64,000 bases of DNA from Pseudomonas sp. (GTDB lineage Bacteria; Pseudomonadota; Gammaproteobacteria; Pseudomonadales; Pseudomonadaceae): the NCBI GenBank assembly GCA_036387095.1, contig DASVUK010000146.1:45459-109458 (forward strand), read 5' to 3'. How positions within the stretch are numbered: position 1 is the stretch's first letter; each line of letters opens with the position of its first letter. The notes below the pieces were generated by a model, which worked only from the letters and a program-made list of their open reading frames with translations, was not told where the DNA came from and did no database searches. This document shows positions 53,059-62,231 of the stretch, one piece after another. A program made the translations under genes and the position numbers.

Positions 53059-53076
53059 GCGCTTTCGGGAATGACT

Positions 53077-53901
53077 TCAGATATTGACGATGTTCACAAA
53101 CCTCGATGCCGCCGTCTCATCGATACGCAGGTTGGTGAAGTCGAACAGGTTGCGGTCGGCCAGTTGCGAGGGCTGGACGTTCTGCAGGCTGCGGAAAATG
53201 CTGTCGACGCGGCCAGGGGTTTGACGCTCCCAGTCCTGGAGCATGTCCTTGACCACCTGCCGCTGGAGATTTTCCTGAGAGCCGCAGAGGTTGCACGGGA
53301 TGATCGGGAAGTTTTTCAGGTCAGAATAGGCCTGAATGTCTTTCTCATGGCAATAAGCCAGCGGGCGAATCACCACGTTACGACCGTCATCGGCGCGCAA
53401 CTTGGGCGGCATGGCCTTGAGGGAACCGTTGAAGAACATATTGAGGAAGAAGGTTTCGACGATGTCATCGCGATGATGACCCAAAGCCATCTTAGTCGCG
53501 CCGATCTCGTCAGCGAAGGTGTACAACGTGCCGCGACGCAGGCGCGAGCACAGCGAACAGGTGGTCTTGCCTTCGGGAATCAGCTCCTTGACCACGGAAT
53601 AGGTGTCTTTTTCCACAATGTGGTATTCGACGCCCAGGGTTTCCAGATAGGTCGGCAGCACGTGCTCGGGGAAGCCGGGCTGCTTCTGATCCATGTTCAC
53701 GGCGACGATATCGAACGTGATGGGCGCGACTTTTTGAAAATGCATCAGCACATCAAGCAGGGTGTAGCTGTCCTTGCCGCCGGACAGGCACACCATCACC
53801 TTGTCGCCCTCTTCAATCATGTTGTAGTCGGCTACGGCTTCACCGGCCTGGCGACGCAGGCGTTTTTGCAGTTTGTTCTGATTGACTGAAAGGGTGCCCA
53901 T
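53077..53901 (-). CDS. ttcA: tRNA 2-thiocytidine(32) synthetase
   Basis: [10 protein letters not shown]-loop, [16 protein letters not shown] and PCNLCGSQ. Confidence 0.97.
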   Translation of the reverse strand: MGTLSVNQNKLQKRLRRQAGEAVADYNMIEEGDKVMVCLSGGKDSYTLLDVLMHFQKVAPITFDIVAVNMDQKQPGFPEHVLPTYLETLGVEYHIVEKDTYSVVKELIPEGKTTCSLCSRLRRGTLYTFADEIGATKMALGHHRDDIVETFFLNMFFNGSLKAMPPKLRADDGRNVVIRPLAYCHEKDIQAYSDLKNFPIIPCNLCGSQENLQRQVVKDMLQDWERQTPGRVDSIFRSLQNVQPSQLADRNLFDFTNLRIDETAASRFVNIVNI

Positions 53902-53949
53902 GGCGCTGGTATCCGGTGTTATGGCGGGGGGGTGGCTGAAAAGCCGACT

Positions 53950-53979
53950 ATTTTACCCATAAAGATTTTGCCCATAAAG
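53950..53979. repeat. 15-bp tandem duplication in the ttcA/Yip1 divergent region
   Basis: ATTTTACCCATAAAG ATTTTGCCCATAAAG. Confidence 0.8.
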
Positions 53980-54099
53980 ATCGCCCTGCATTGATCGCCC
54001 TTCGCAGCGGCTGCTAGCCAGGTCAACCATCGGCTATTAATAACCGTCCTGACATTGCCAATCACTCTAAGCAACCCGGCTGTCGGGGTTCTGAGCTTT

Positions 54100-54106
54100 C
54101 TATACT
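54100..54106 (+). promoter_or_regulatory. RpoS-type -10 element upstream of the Yip1 gene
   Basis: CTATACT, about 120 bp upstream of the start; short motif. Confidence 0.4.
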
Positions 54107-54223
54107 GCGTCATGAGGTCGCATCCATAGATTCAATCCGGGCTGTGGCCTTTACCTGCGGGGTTTTGCCCTGCGCAGGCGCCCTTTTCGGGCACGGCATA
54201 CACGAGCGGAAGGAGTGACACGC

Positions 54224-54826
54224 ATGATCCATCACGTCTGGGGACTGTTCACGCATCCCGATCAAGAATGGAAACAGATACGTGGCGAAGAGGAAGAAAG
54301 TATCGGCCACATGTACCTTACCCACACGCTGGTCCTTGCCGCGATCCCCGCGGTTTCAGCGTATATAGGCACCACTCAGATCGGCTGGGTGATTGGCGAT
54401 CGAGCACCGGTGATGCTCACTCATGAAAGCGCGCTATGGATGACGATCATGTCCTACATCGCGATGCTGGCCGGGGTTGCGGTCATGGGCGGCTTCATTC
54501 ACTGGATGGCCCGCACCTATGACGCCACGCCGAGCCTGGCGCGTTGTGTCGCGTTTGCAACCTACACCGCAACACCGCTGTTCATCGGCGGGCTGGCGGC
54601 GCTTTATCCTCACATGTGGCTGGGCATGCTGGTTGGCACGGCGGCCATTTGCTACACCGTGTACCTGCTCTATGTCGGGCTGCCGACCTTCATGAATATC
54701 CCGGCGGACGAAGGCTTCATGTTCTCAAGCTCGGTACTGGCCGTGGGGTTGGTGGTACTGGTGGCGATCATGGCGTTTACCGTGGTGCTGTGGGGCATTG
54801 GCGTGGGGCCGGAGTACACCAATTGA
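54224..54826 (+). CDS. Yip1/YohC-family membrane protein
   Basis: MIHHVWGLFTHP..EW, YTATPLF and YLLYVGLP; five TM segments; AAGGAG RBS. Confidence 0.88.
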   Translation: MIHHVWGLFTHPDQEWKQIRGEEEESIGHMYLTHTLVLAAIPAVSAYIGTTQIGWVIGDRAPVMLTHESALWMTIMSYIAMLAGVAVMGGFIHWMARTYDATPSLARCVAFATYTATPLFIGGLAALYPHMWLGMLVGTAAICYTVYLLYVGLPTFMNIPADEGFMFSSSVLAVGLVVLVAIMAFTVVLWGIGVGPEYTN

Positions 54827-54841
54827 GGGCCGGGAAGTCTT

Positions 54842-54911
54842 GAAGGAGCCAGCTTGTTGGCGAGGCGCGGGGCGATGAGAAACGCCGCTTCGCGAACAAG
54901 TTCGCTCCTAC
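54842..54911. repeat. REPIN
   Basis: GAAGGAGCCAGCTTGTTGGCGAG ... TTCGCGAACAAGTTCGCTCCTACA. Confidence 0.8.
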
Positions 54912-55015
54912 ACCCTTATTGCATCGTCTTGGGCGTTAATGACCATTGGGCAGCTTGAGTTTTCGGCTCGCCCCGGCTTTACGGCATACTTGGTTTCTCT
55001 GGAGATCGAGAAAGC

Positions 55016-55510
55016 ATGTCCGAGCAACTCAATAACCGCGTCGAAGTCTGTTATCAGCAAGCCGAAGCCTTTTTCAAACGCCCCTTCAAACGCCCGGTGG
55101 TCAGCTTAAAGCTGCGCGGTCAAAAGGCCGGCGTCGCCCATTTGCATGAGAACCTGCTGCGTTTCAACCCCCAGTTGTACCTTGAAAACAGTGAAGATTT
55201 CCTGCGTCAGACCGTGCCCCACGAAGTCGCGCACTTGATCGCTCATCAATTGTTTGGCGACCGCATTCAGCCCCATGGCGAAGAATGGCAGCTGATCATG
55301 CGCGGCGTTTACGAATTGCCGCCCAATCGCTGCCACACCTACGCCATCAAGCGGCGCAGCGTCACTCGCTATATCTACCGCTGCCCTTGCGCGGGCAGTG
55401 ATTTCCCCTTCTCTGCCCAGCGCCATCAAATGGTCAGGAAAGGACGACGTTATTTATGTCGACGCTGTCGCGAGACCCTGGTGTTCAGTGGCGAGACCCG
55501 GGTGGAATAG
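55016..55510 (+). CDS. SprT-family zinc metalloprotease
   Basis: HEVAH (HExxH), PHGEEW and C-terminal YRCPC / YLCRRC. Confidence 0.9.
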   Translation: MSEQLNNRVEVCYQQAEAFFKRPFKRPVVSLKLRGQKAGVAHLHENLLRFNPQLYLENSEDFLRQTVPHEVAHLIAHQLFGDRIQPHGEEWQLIMRGVYELPPNRCHTYAIKRRSVTRYIYRCPCAGSDFPFSAQRHQMVRKGRRYLCRRCRETLVFSGETRVE

Positions 55511-55522
55511 CGCCCGCTGAAC

Positions 55523-56704
55523 TCACAACACACTGCCCTCCTCACGCATGCAGCTGATCTGCTCTTGGGAAAACCCAAACTCCTTGAGCACCTGCTGGCT
55601 GTGCGCGCCCAATCCGGCACCGATATGGCGAGGGCCCGCCAGTCCATCGGAGAACTTCAATGGGCAGGCCAGCTGCGCTTGAGCGCTGCCGTCACCTCGT
55701 GGCACCTGCGTGACCAGATCACGCGCCTGCAATTGCGGGTGATGGACGGCTTCGGACAGGCTCAGCACCGGCTCTACGCAGGCGTCGATTTGCGCGAAAC
55801 ACTCCTGTAACTCCGCAAAACTGCGTTTTTCGAACTCCATTCTTAGCTCGTTTTTCAGCTCGTCCTGTACCTGCGATGCTGGCGATAACCCTTGGGCGGC
55901 CAGTTCCGTACGGTTGAGTGCCGTGCACAACGTCTGCATAAAGGCCGGTTCCAGGCTGCCCACGGCAAACCAGCGTCCGTCGCGACTGCGGTAATAGTCG
56001 TAGAAGCTGCCACCGTTGAGTAATTGGTTCTCCCGCTCGGGCTCAATGCCACAGGCGAGATACGCCGCGCCCGCCATGGCATTCAGGCTGAAAGCGCAGT
56101 CAGTCATGCTCACATCGACGTATTGCCCAAGCCCGGTGTGCTGGCGCGCAACCACCGCCGCGAGCAGGCCAATCACGCCATGCAGCGAGCCACCGGCCAC
56201 ATCGGCTGCTTGAATCCCGAGCGGCACCGGCCCGCTTTCACGTCGCCCGGTGTAGCTGGCGATGCCGGACAGCGCCAGATAATTGATGTCATGCCCGGCC
56301 CTGTCGCGATACGGGCCAGTCTGCCCATAGCCGGTGATCGCGACGTAGATCAGCCGCGGATTGAGCGCCTTGAGGGTTTCGTAACCGATCCCCAACCGAT
56401 CCATGACACCCGGGCGAAATTGCTCCAGCACAATGTCGTAGTCCTGCACCAGACGCTTGATCACCTCCAACGCGGCTGGCTGTTTCAGATCCAGCGCCAG
56501 GCTGCGTTTGCTGCGGTTCAAGTAGGCGTGGCTGGCGGATGTGCCCCGGTCGTGAGGCGGCAGGTCGCGCAGCAGATCCGGTCGGGTCGGCGATTCGATG
56601 CGCAGCACTTCAGCGCCCATGTCCGCCAGTAAAAGCGAAGCAAATGGGCCCGGCAGCAGCGTTGAAAAATCCAGCACTTTGAGTGACGACAGCGGACCGA
56701 GCAT
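55523..56704 (-). CDS. CaiB/BaiF family III CoA-transferase
   Basis: LLPGPFA..LLADMGAEV, NRSKRS, FRPGVMDRLG and AGHDINY. Confidence 0.92.
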   Translation of the reverse strand: MLGPLSSLKVLDFSTLLPGPFASLLLADMGAEVLRIESPTRPDLLRDLPPHDRGTSASHAYLNRSKRSLALDLKQPAALEVIKRLVQDYDIVLEQFRPGVMDRLGIGYETLKALNPRLIYVAITGYGQTGPYRDRAGHDINYLALSGIASYTGRRESGPVPLGIQAADVAGGSLHGVIGLLAAVVARQHTGLGQYVDVSMTDCAFSLNAMAGAAYLACGIEPERENQLLNGGSFYDYYRSRDGRWFAVGSLEPAFMQTLCTALNRTELAAQGLSPASQVQDELKNELRMEFEKRSFAELQECFAQIDACVEPVLSLSEAVHHPQLQARDLVTQVPRGDGSAQAQLACPLKFSDGLAGPRHIGAGLGAHSQQVLKEFGFSQEQISCMREEGSVL

Positions 56705-56794
56705 GAGGGCTTCCTGGATATTCTTGATTTGCCTTAGAGCGTAGACACTTGCGCTAACCTGAGCCGCTCAATCAGTCGCATTAATTGCAGGCGT

Positions 56795-56822
56795 AAAAAA
56801 ACCCATCCGAAGATGGGTTTTT
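56795..56822 (-). terminator. Rho-independent terminator after dctA
   Basis: AAAAAAACCCATC-CGAA-GATGGGTTTTT. Confidence 0.85.
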
Positions 56823-56838
56823 CTCACAACGCTAACCG

Positions 56839-58197
56839 TTAGATCGGTTTACGCGTCGGGATCGGACGTGTCAGAGGCTCAGGCGCCAGCTCTGCAACAC
56901 CCAGATCATCCACAGGAGCCATGTTGTCGATTGCGCGACCACCAGAAGTCAGCTCGGTCTGCAGTTGGTCGTTATCCAGCTCACCTACCCACTTGGCAAC
57001 CACCAGCGTGGCAACTGCGTTACCCACCAGGTTGGTCAAGGCACGGGCTTCGGACATGAAGCGGTCGATGCCCAGGATCAGCGCCAGACCGGCAACCGGC
57101 AGGTGGCCAACAGCCGACAAGGTGGCAGCCAGGACGATGAAGCCGCTGCCGGTTACGCCGGCAGCACCTTTGGACGACAGCAGCAGCACCAGCAACAGGG
57201 TGATCTGGTGCGTGATGTCCATGTGGGTGTTAGTGGCCTGGGCAATGAACACAGCCGCCATGGTCAGGTAGATCGACGTGCCGTCCAGGTTGAACGAGTA
57301 GCCAGTCGGGATAACCAGACCGACAACCGATTTCTTGGCGCCCAGGCGTTCCATTTTGATCAGCATGCGTGGCAGTGCCGATTCCGACGAGGAAGTACCC
57401 AGTACGATCAACAGCTCTTCACGGATGTATTTGATCAGCTTGAAGATGCTGAAACCGTGAGCCCGGGCAATAGTGCCCAGCACGAACACCACGAACAGCA
57501 CGCAAGTGATGTAGAAGCAGATCATCAACTGGCCCAGTTGCACCAGCGAACTCACACCGTAGGCACCGATGGTGAACGCCATGGCACCGAAGGCGCCCAG
57601 TGGGGCGAGCTTCATGATCATGTTGATGATGTTGAACATCACGTGGGCAAAGCGATCGATGAAGTCCAGAACCGGCTTGCCGTAGGCACCCAGCCGGTGC
57701 AGCGCAAAGCCGAAGATCACGGAGAACATCAAGACTTGCAGGATGTCGCCGTTGGCGAACGCGCCGACGATGGTGTTCGGAATCACGTTGAGGATGAAGC
57801 CGACAATGCTCTGGTCAGCGCCCGCTGTGACATAAGCGGCAATCTTGGACGCATCCAGGGTGCTGACATCAATGTTCATGCCGGCGCCCGGCTGAACGAC
57901 GTTGACCACGATCAGACCGATGAGCAGGGCAATGGTGGACACGACTTCGAAATAAAGCAGCGCGTAACCACCGGTCTTGCCAACCGATTTCATGTTCTGC
58001 ATGCCGGCGATACCGCTGACCACGGTGCAGAAGATGATTGGAGCAATGACCATTTTGATCAGTTTGATGAACCCGTCACCCAGTGGCTTGAGGGCCTTGC
58101 CGGTATCTGGGTAGAAGTGACCGATCAGAACGCCGATCACGATTGCTACGATCACCTGGAAGTACAGGGATTTATACAGGGGCTGACGAGTCGTCAT
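56839..58197 (-). CDS. dctA: C4-dicarboxylate/H+ symporter
   Basis: [38 protein letters not shown] and GIDRFMSE. Confidence 0.96.
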   Translation of the reverse strand: MTTRQPLYKSLYFQVIVAIVIGVLIGHFYPDTGKALKPLGDGFIKLIKMVIAPIIFCTVVSGIAGMQNMKSVGKTGGYALLYFEVVSTIALLIGLIVVNVVQPGAGMNIDVSTLDASKIAAYVTAGADQSIVGFILNVIPNTIVGAFANGDILQVLMFSVIFGFALHRLGAYGKPVLDFIDRFAHVMFNIINMIMKLAPLGAFGAMAFTIGAYGVSSLVQLGQLMICFYITCVLFVVFVLGTIARAHGFSIFKLIKYIREELLIVLGTSSSESALPRMLIKMERLGAKKSVVGLVIPTGYSFNLDGTSIYLTMAAVFIAQATNTHMDITHQITLLLVLLLSSKGAAGVTGSGFIVLAATLSAVGHLPVAGLALILGIDRFMSEARALTNLVGNAVATLVVAKWVGELDNDQLQTELTSGGRAIDNMAPVDDLGVAELAPEPLTRPIPTRKPI

Positions 58198-58325
58198 GTT
58201 GAAGTCCTCAAGAGTGTCGCCGGCATCATCCAACTGACGCACGCGGCACCTAACGAGCTAACCCTCCTGCACTGGAGGGATTTGTTTTGGCGAGCTGCAC
58301 AAGGCAGACCTCTACCGCACATATC

Positions 58326-58340
58326 GCAAGGGCCGTGCCA
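58326..58340 (-). promoter_or_regulatory. Sigma54 (-24/-12) promoter of dctA
   Basis: TGGCAC-GGCCC-TTGC on the minus strand matches the TGGCAC-N5-TTGC consensus. Confidence 0.85.
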
Positions 58341-58417
58341 GTTCAGCGAAAAAGAAGGAAATCCAATGGATACAAGGCTTTTCCGGCCAGAGAGCGCGAG
58401 AGCGTGGGTGCGAAGGT

Positions 58418-58472
58418 GGCGGTTTTCCGCCTCGGTGCCAGGAATTCGGGGAAGGGATGGCGGGTATCCGCC
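58418..58472. promoter_or_regulatory. Tandem DctD-type upstream activator sites
   Basis: GGCGG-N4-CCGCC palindromes at 58418-58431 and 58459-58472, upstream of the sigma54 promoter. Confidence 0.65.
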
Positions 58473-58498
58473 GCCAGTGATTGAAATCGTGACCAGCC

Positions 58499-58524
58499 TG
58501 TGGGACCGGATTTATCCGGGAAGG
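58499..58524 (+). repeat. Singleton REP, second type
   Basis: TGTGGGACCGGATTTATCCGGGAAGG, similar to the right arm at about 2987-3010. Confidence 0.65.
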
Positions 58525-58568
58525 CGGCGTTCCAGGCCCGAGAACTTCATTGTCGCTACCGGACCCAA

Positions 58569-59906
58569 CTAAAAATGAATCCTGAACGCCGCACCGCCCA
58601 AGGATGAATCTTCCAGGGTAAGGCGCGCGCCATAACTTTCGATGATGTCCTTGACCACCGCCAGACCAATGCCCTGCCCCGGGTTCTGGCGATCCAGGCG
58701 TTCACCCCGTTGCAGAATCCGCTCGCGCTGATTTTCCGGCACGCCCGGCCCGTCGTCTTCGACACACAGCTCATCGCCTGCCTCGCCGGAGCGCAGACTG
58801 ACTCGCACCTGGCTCAGGCACAGGCGATAGGCGTTCTCCAGCAAATTGCCGAGCATTTCCAGTAACGCGCCCTGCTCCATGGGCACCAAACACTCGTCGG
58901 GCAGGTCCAGGGTGACTTTCACCTGTTTATCCCGATACACCTTGTCCAGCGTGTTGCACAGGCTTTCAACCACCGGCCGCAGGGCAACATGATGCCGCAC
59001 CAGTCCACTCTTGCGCAGGCTGGCGCGCTGCAATTGGTAACCGATCTGCTGACTCATGCGCTCGATCTGCGATTGCAGGATGCGCGCTTGTTCGAGGTCT
59101 TCAGGCCGTTTGGCGATGGTTTCGCTGACGCCCTGCAAGACCGCCAGCGGGGTCTTCAAGCTATGGGCCAGATCGCCCAGGGAATCGCGATAGCGGATGC
59201 GTTGCTCGCGCTCGCTGAGCAACAGGCGGTTCAAAGAGCCGGTAAGCCGCAGCAGTTCGCTGGGGTGGTTTTCACTCAAGCTGTCCCTGGCGCCGGATTC
59301 CACCTGATCGAGTTCCAGACTCAGACCCCGCAACGCGCGCAACCCCCAGGTCAACCCGATCCAGAGCAGGGCCAGCAGAACCAGCAACGCAGCACCGAAG
59401 CCCAGGTAGAGTTTTTCCCGAAGGGCTGCCACGGTTTCCTGATACTCGCGCACCGGTTGCAGTGCGACGATGCTGAACGCGGCGTTGCGCCCACCAAGCA
59501 GCTTGATTTCGACGTCATAGACAAAGAACTCTTCTCCGTTGGGTTCCTTGATCTTGGAGAACTCACTGCCCTTGCCGTCATAACGCGGCTGGTAATCGAT
59601 GAATTCATCTTCGGTCGCCAGCGAACGCCAGACCAGTTCGCCCTGACGGTTATAGATGTAGCCCAACAAACGGCTGGAAGGCAGATTGAACTGCTCACCG
59701 GGCAGCACCGACGGCATCAGCAAACGACCATCTTCAACCCGCGCGGCGGAAATCAGGGTGGTCACATCCGACGCCAACCGTTGCTCGATGGAACCACGCA
59801 ACGCCAGGCTGAATGCACCCTGCAAGGCAGGTAGCATCAACAGCATGAAGATCACCGCCAGGGTCGCAGCGCCAATCAGCAGCCGCAGGTGCAGCGAACG
59901 AATCAA
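58569..59906 (-). CDS. phoQ: Sensor histidine kinase PhoQ
   Basis: DLAHSLKTPL, GNLLENA, EDDGPG and GQGIGL; coupled to phoP. Confidence 0.9.
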   Translation of the reverse strand: MIRSLHLRLLIGAATLAVIFMLLMLPALQGAFSLALRGSIEQRLASDVTTLISAARVEDGRLLMPSVLPGEQFNLPSSRLLGYIYNRQGELVWRSLATEDEFIDYQPRYDGKGSEFSKIKEPNGEEFFVYDVEIKLLGGRNAAFSIVALQPVREYQETVAALREKLYLGFGAALLVLLALLWIGLTWGLRALRGLSLELDQVESGARDSLSENHPSELLRLTGSLNRLLLSEREQRIRYRDSLGDLAHSLKTPLAVLQGVSETIAKRPEDLEQARILQSQIERMSQQIGYQLQRASLRKSGLVRHHVALRPVVESLCNTLDKVYRDKQVKVTLDLPDECLVPMEQGALLEMLGNLLENAYRLCLSQVRVSLRSGEAGDELCVEDDGPGVPENQRERILQRGERLDRQNPGQGIGLAVVKDIIESYGARLTLEDSSLGGAAFRIHF

Positions 59907-60580
59907 TTACAGCGCTCGGAGAACAAATAGCCCAGCCCACGCACGGTTTCGATAGGTTTGAAGGCATGAGGTCCCTCGATCTTGCGGCGCAAACGGCCGA
60001 CCAGAACCTCGATCACGTTGGGATCGCGCTCCTCGTCATCGGGGTACAACTGTTCCATCAAGCGCTCCTTGGGCACAACCTGCTGATGATGGCGCATCAG
60101 GTATTCGAGAATCCGGTATTCATAGGCGGTCAGCGCCAAGGGCTGCTCGTCCATGGACGCCTGTTTGCGGTTGAGATCCAGCAGCAACGGCCCGGCCACA
60201 ATGGTTGACTGGATGAACCCACTGGAGCGACGCAGCAGCGCGTTGAGTCGCGCTTCCAGCTCTTCGAACTGAAATGGCTTGACCACATAGTCGTCCGCAC
60301 CGGCTGCCAGCCCCTCGACTTTGTCCTGCCAGTTGCCGCGGGCAGTCAGGATCAGAATCGGGAACGCCTTGCCCTGGGTACGCAGTTGTCGAATCAGGTC
60401 CAACCCGCCCATACCGGGCAAGCCAAGGTCGATCACCGCCAGGTCATGATTGAACTGTCCGGCCTGGTAAAGCGCCTCTTCGGCATTGGCCACGGCCTCC
60501 ACCACATGACCGGATTCGGTCAACCGGGTCAGCAAGTGATGACGCAACAGGGCCTCATCCTCTACCACCAACAACTTCAT
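59903..60580 (-). CDS. phoP: Response regulator PhoP
   Basis: MKLLVVEDEALLRHHL, LTARGNWQDKVEGL, NVIEVLVGRLRRK and TVRGLGY. Confidence 0.93.
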   Translation of the reverse strand: MKLLVVEDEALLRHHLLTRLTESGHVVEAVANAEEALYQAGQFNHDLAVIDLGLPGMGGLDLIRQLRTQGKAFPILILTARGNWQDKVEGLAAGADDYVVKPFQFEELEARLNALLRRSSGFIQSTIVAGPLLLDLNRKQASMDEQPLALTAYEYRILEYLMRHHQQVVPKERLMEQLYPDDEERDPNVIEVLVGRLRRKIEGPHAFKPIETVRGLGYLFSERCN

Positions 60581-60632
60581 GACACTCTCCTGGGCAAGGT
60601 TTTATCTGCGCATTTACAACGGATCAACTGCA

Positions 60633-61061
60633 TCACACCTGTGTCGGCACCCAGTCCTGCGGGCTACGGGTCAAGCGCGTCGACGCCGCAAAGGATTGCT
60701 CGACGCCGATTGTGCCAGCCCCGAGCAGATTAGTACCGCCCACCTGCGCCACACCGGGATCGTAATACCCTGCCAGGCTTTCCCATGGGACGGGCACGCC
60801 ATTATGGGTGCCGGACAGGTTTTTAAGACTGACTGAATAATCGGGCTGGCCCGCACCCAGATGATCGGTGCTGCGCTGACTAAAACCCGGGTTCCAGACA
60901 CCGCTCGCGCCATGACGCAGCTCTCGGTCGGTTCGGTCCATGCGCTCGCTGGTCTTGCCTGGTGGCACCGGAGCCCGCTCCAGCACACCATCGGCCGCTT
61001 GCACCGCTGCGCTGCCGCCGAGAAACGCCAGGGCCAGGAAAAACTTGTTGAATGTCAGCAT
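60633..61061 (-). CDS. Exported protein in the oprH position; truncated, diverged OprH-like (possible pseudogene)
   Basis: Signal peptide ending GGSAAVQA-AD; patchy similarity to the N-terminal part of OprH; 142 aa, no C-terminal aromatic residue; GAGG RBS. Confidence 0.6.
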   Translation of the reverse strand: MLTFNKFFLALAFLGGSAAVQAADGVLERAPVPPGKTSERMDRTDRELRHGASGVWNPGFSQRSTDHLGAGQPDYSVSLKNLSGTHNGVPVPWESLAGYYDPGVAQVGGTNLLGAGTIGVEQSFAASTRLTRSPQDWVPTQV

Positions 61062-61120
61062 AGTCACCTCCGCTCGCGCATCGCGCTGTCTGAGTACGGG
61101 TTCAGACTAATCCCGTGGCC

Positions 61121-61137
61121 CTGAACCGCCCCTGAAC
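61121..61137 (-). promoter_or_regulatory. PhoP box
   Basis: GTTCAG-GGGCG-GTTCAG direct repeat on the minus strand upstream of the (oprH-like)-phoP-phoQ unit. Confidence 0.8.
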
Positions 61138-61265
61138 ATCTTTTGCAACGGCCTTACGGCTGGTGAACGACTTTCTGCCTCATCGGGCTCAACCCAGAAC
61201 GACACAATCAGCTAGGCTTGCCCATCACCCCTCGACACTGCATCTCTATAGAGAAGGAGCTGACC

Positions 61266-62060
61266 ATGCGTTTCTGGATTGCATTGATCATGATGGCACT
61301 GGCAAGCATCGCCCACGCAGAAATCAAGACCCGGCAAGTGGACTACCAAAGCGCCGACGGTACGAAACTGGTGGGTTACTACGCCTATGACGACGCCGTG
61401 AAGGGCCAGCGTCCCGGCATTATCGTCGTCCACGAATGGTGGGGGCTGAACGACTACGCCAAGCACCGCGCTCGTCAACTGGCCGCGCTGGGTTACAGCG
61501 CCATGGCCATTGATATGTATGGCGAAGGCAAGAACACCGAGCATCCCAAGGATGCCATGGCTTTCATGCAGGCCGCCCTCAAGGACGGCGCCGCTGCCGC
61601 CCAGCGTTTCGATGCAGGCCTTGAACAATTGAAAAAACAACCGCAGACCAACCCCGACAAAGTCGCTGCCATCGGCTACTGCTTTGGCGGCAAGATCGTG
61701 CTGGACGCTGCACGGCGCGGCGAAGCGTTAGCGGGTGTGGTCAGCTTCCATGGCGCGCTGGCGACCGATACACCGGCCACCCCCGGCAGCGTGAAGGTGC
61801 CGATGCTGGTGGAACATGGCGCCAAGGACAGCATGGTCACCCCGGAAAACGTCACGGCGTTCAAGAACGAAATGGATAAGGCCGGTGCCGACTACAAATT
61901 CGTCAGCATCGAAGGCGCAAAGCACGGTTTCACTAACCCGGACGCGGATCGCCTGAGCCACGGTGACCACGGCGGCCCGGACATCGGCTACAACAAGGAA
62001 GCCGATCAACGCTCTTGGACGGATATGCAAGTGTTCTTGAAGCGGGTGTTCGGGGCATAA
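61266..62060 (+). CDS. Dienelactone hydrolase-family protein with signal peptide
   Basis: VHEWWGLN, GYCFGG nucleophile elbow and HGFTNP. Confidence 0.9.
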   Translation: MRFWIALIMMALASIAHAEIKTRQVDYQSADGTKLVGYYAYDDAVKGQRPGIIVVHEWWGLNDYAKHRARQLAALGYSAMAIDMYGEGKNTEHPKDAMAFMQAALKDGAAAAQRFDAGLEQLKKQPQTNPDKVAAIGYCFGGKIVLDAARRGEALAGVVSFHGALATDTPATPGSVKVPMLVEHGAKDSMVTPENVTAFKNEMDKAGADYKFVSIEGAKHGFTNPDADRLSHGDHGGPDIGYNKEADQRSWTDMQVFLKRVFGA

Positions 62061-62085
62061 GCACCGGCTATCCAGAGACTGAAGC

Positions 62086-62173
62086 CAGGAACGAGCTTGC
62101 TCGCGAAATCGTTGGTCAGGTGCGGCACACTGGCCGTGCCCATCGACCTCTTCGCAAGCAAGCTGGCTCCCAC
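62086..62173. repeat. Degenerate REPIN
   Basis: CAGGAACGAGCTTGCTCGCGAA ... TTCGCAAGCAAGCTGGCTCCCAC. Confidence 0.7.
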
Positions 62174-62231
62174 CGATACCGGCGACCCTGCGCGCTTCCC
62201 ACATCACCATTGTCCCGGCAAAATGCCGCCC

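Noticed and set aside
40655-53076. Mobile element or prophage carrying the lhp cluster
   Set aside because: No integrase, transposase, tRNA target or terminal direct repeats seen, and host-type REPs lie inside the cluster.
56965-58572. 535-aa antisense ORF over dctA
   Set aside because: Mirror of a hydrophobic membrane protein gene; composition is not protein-like.
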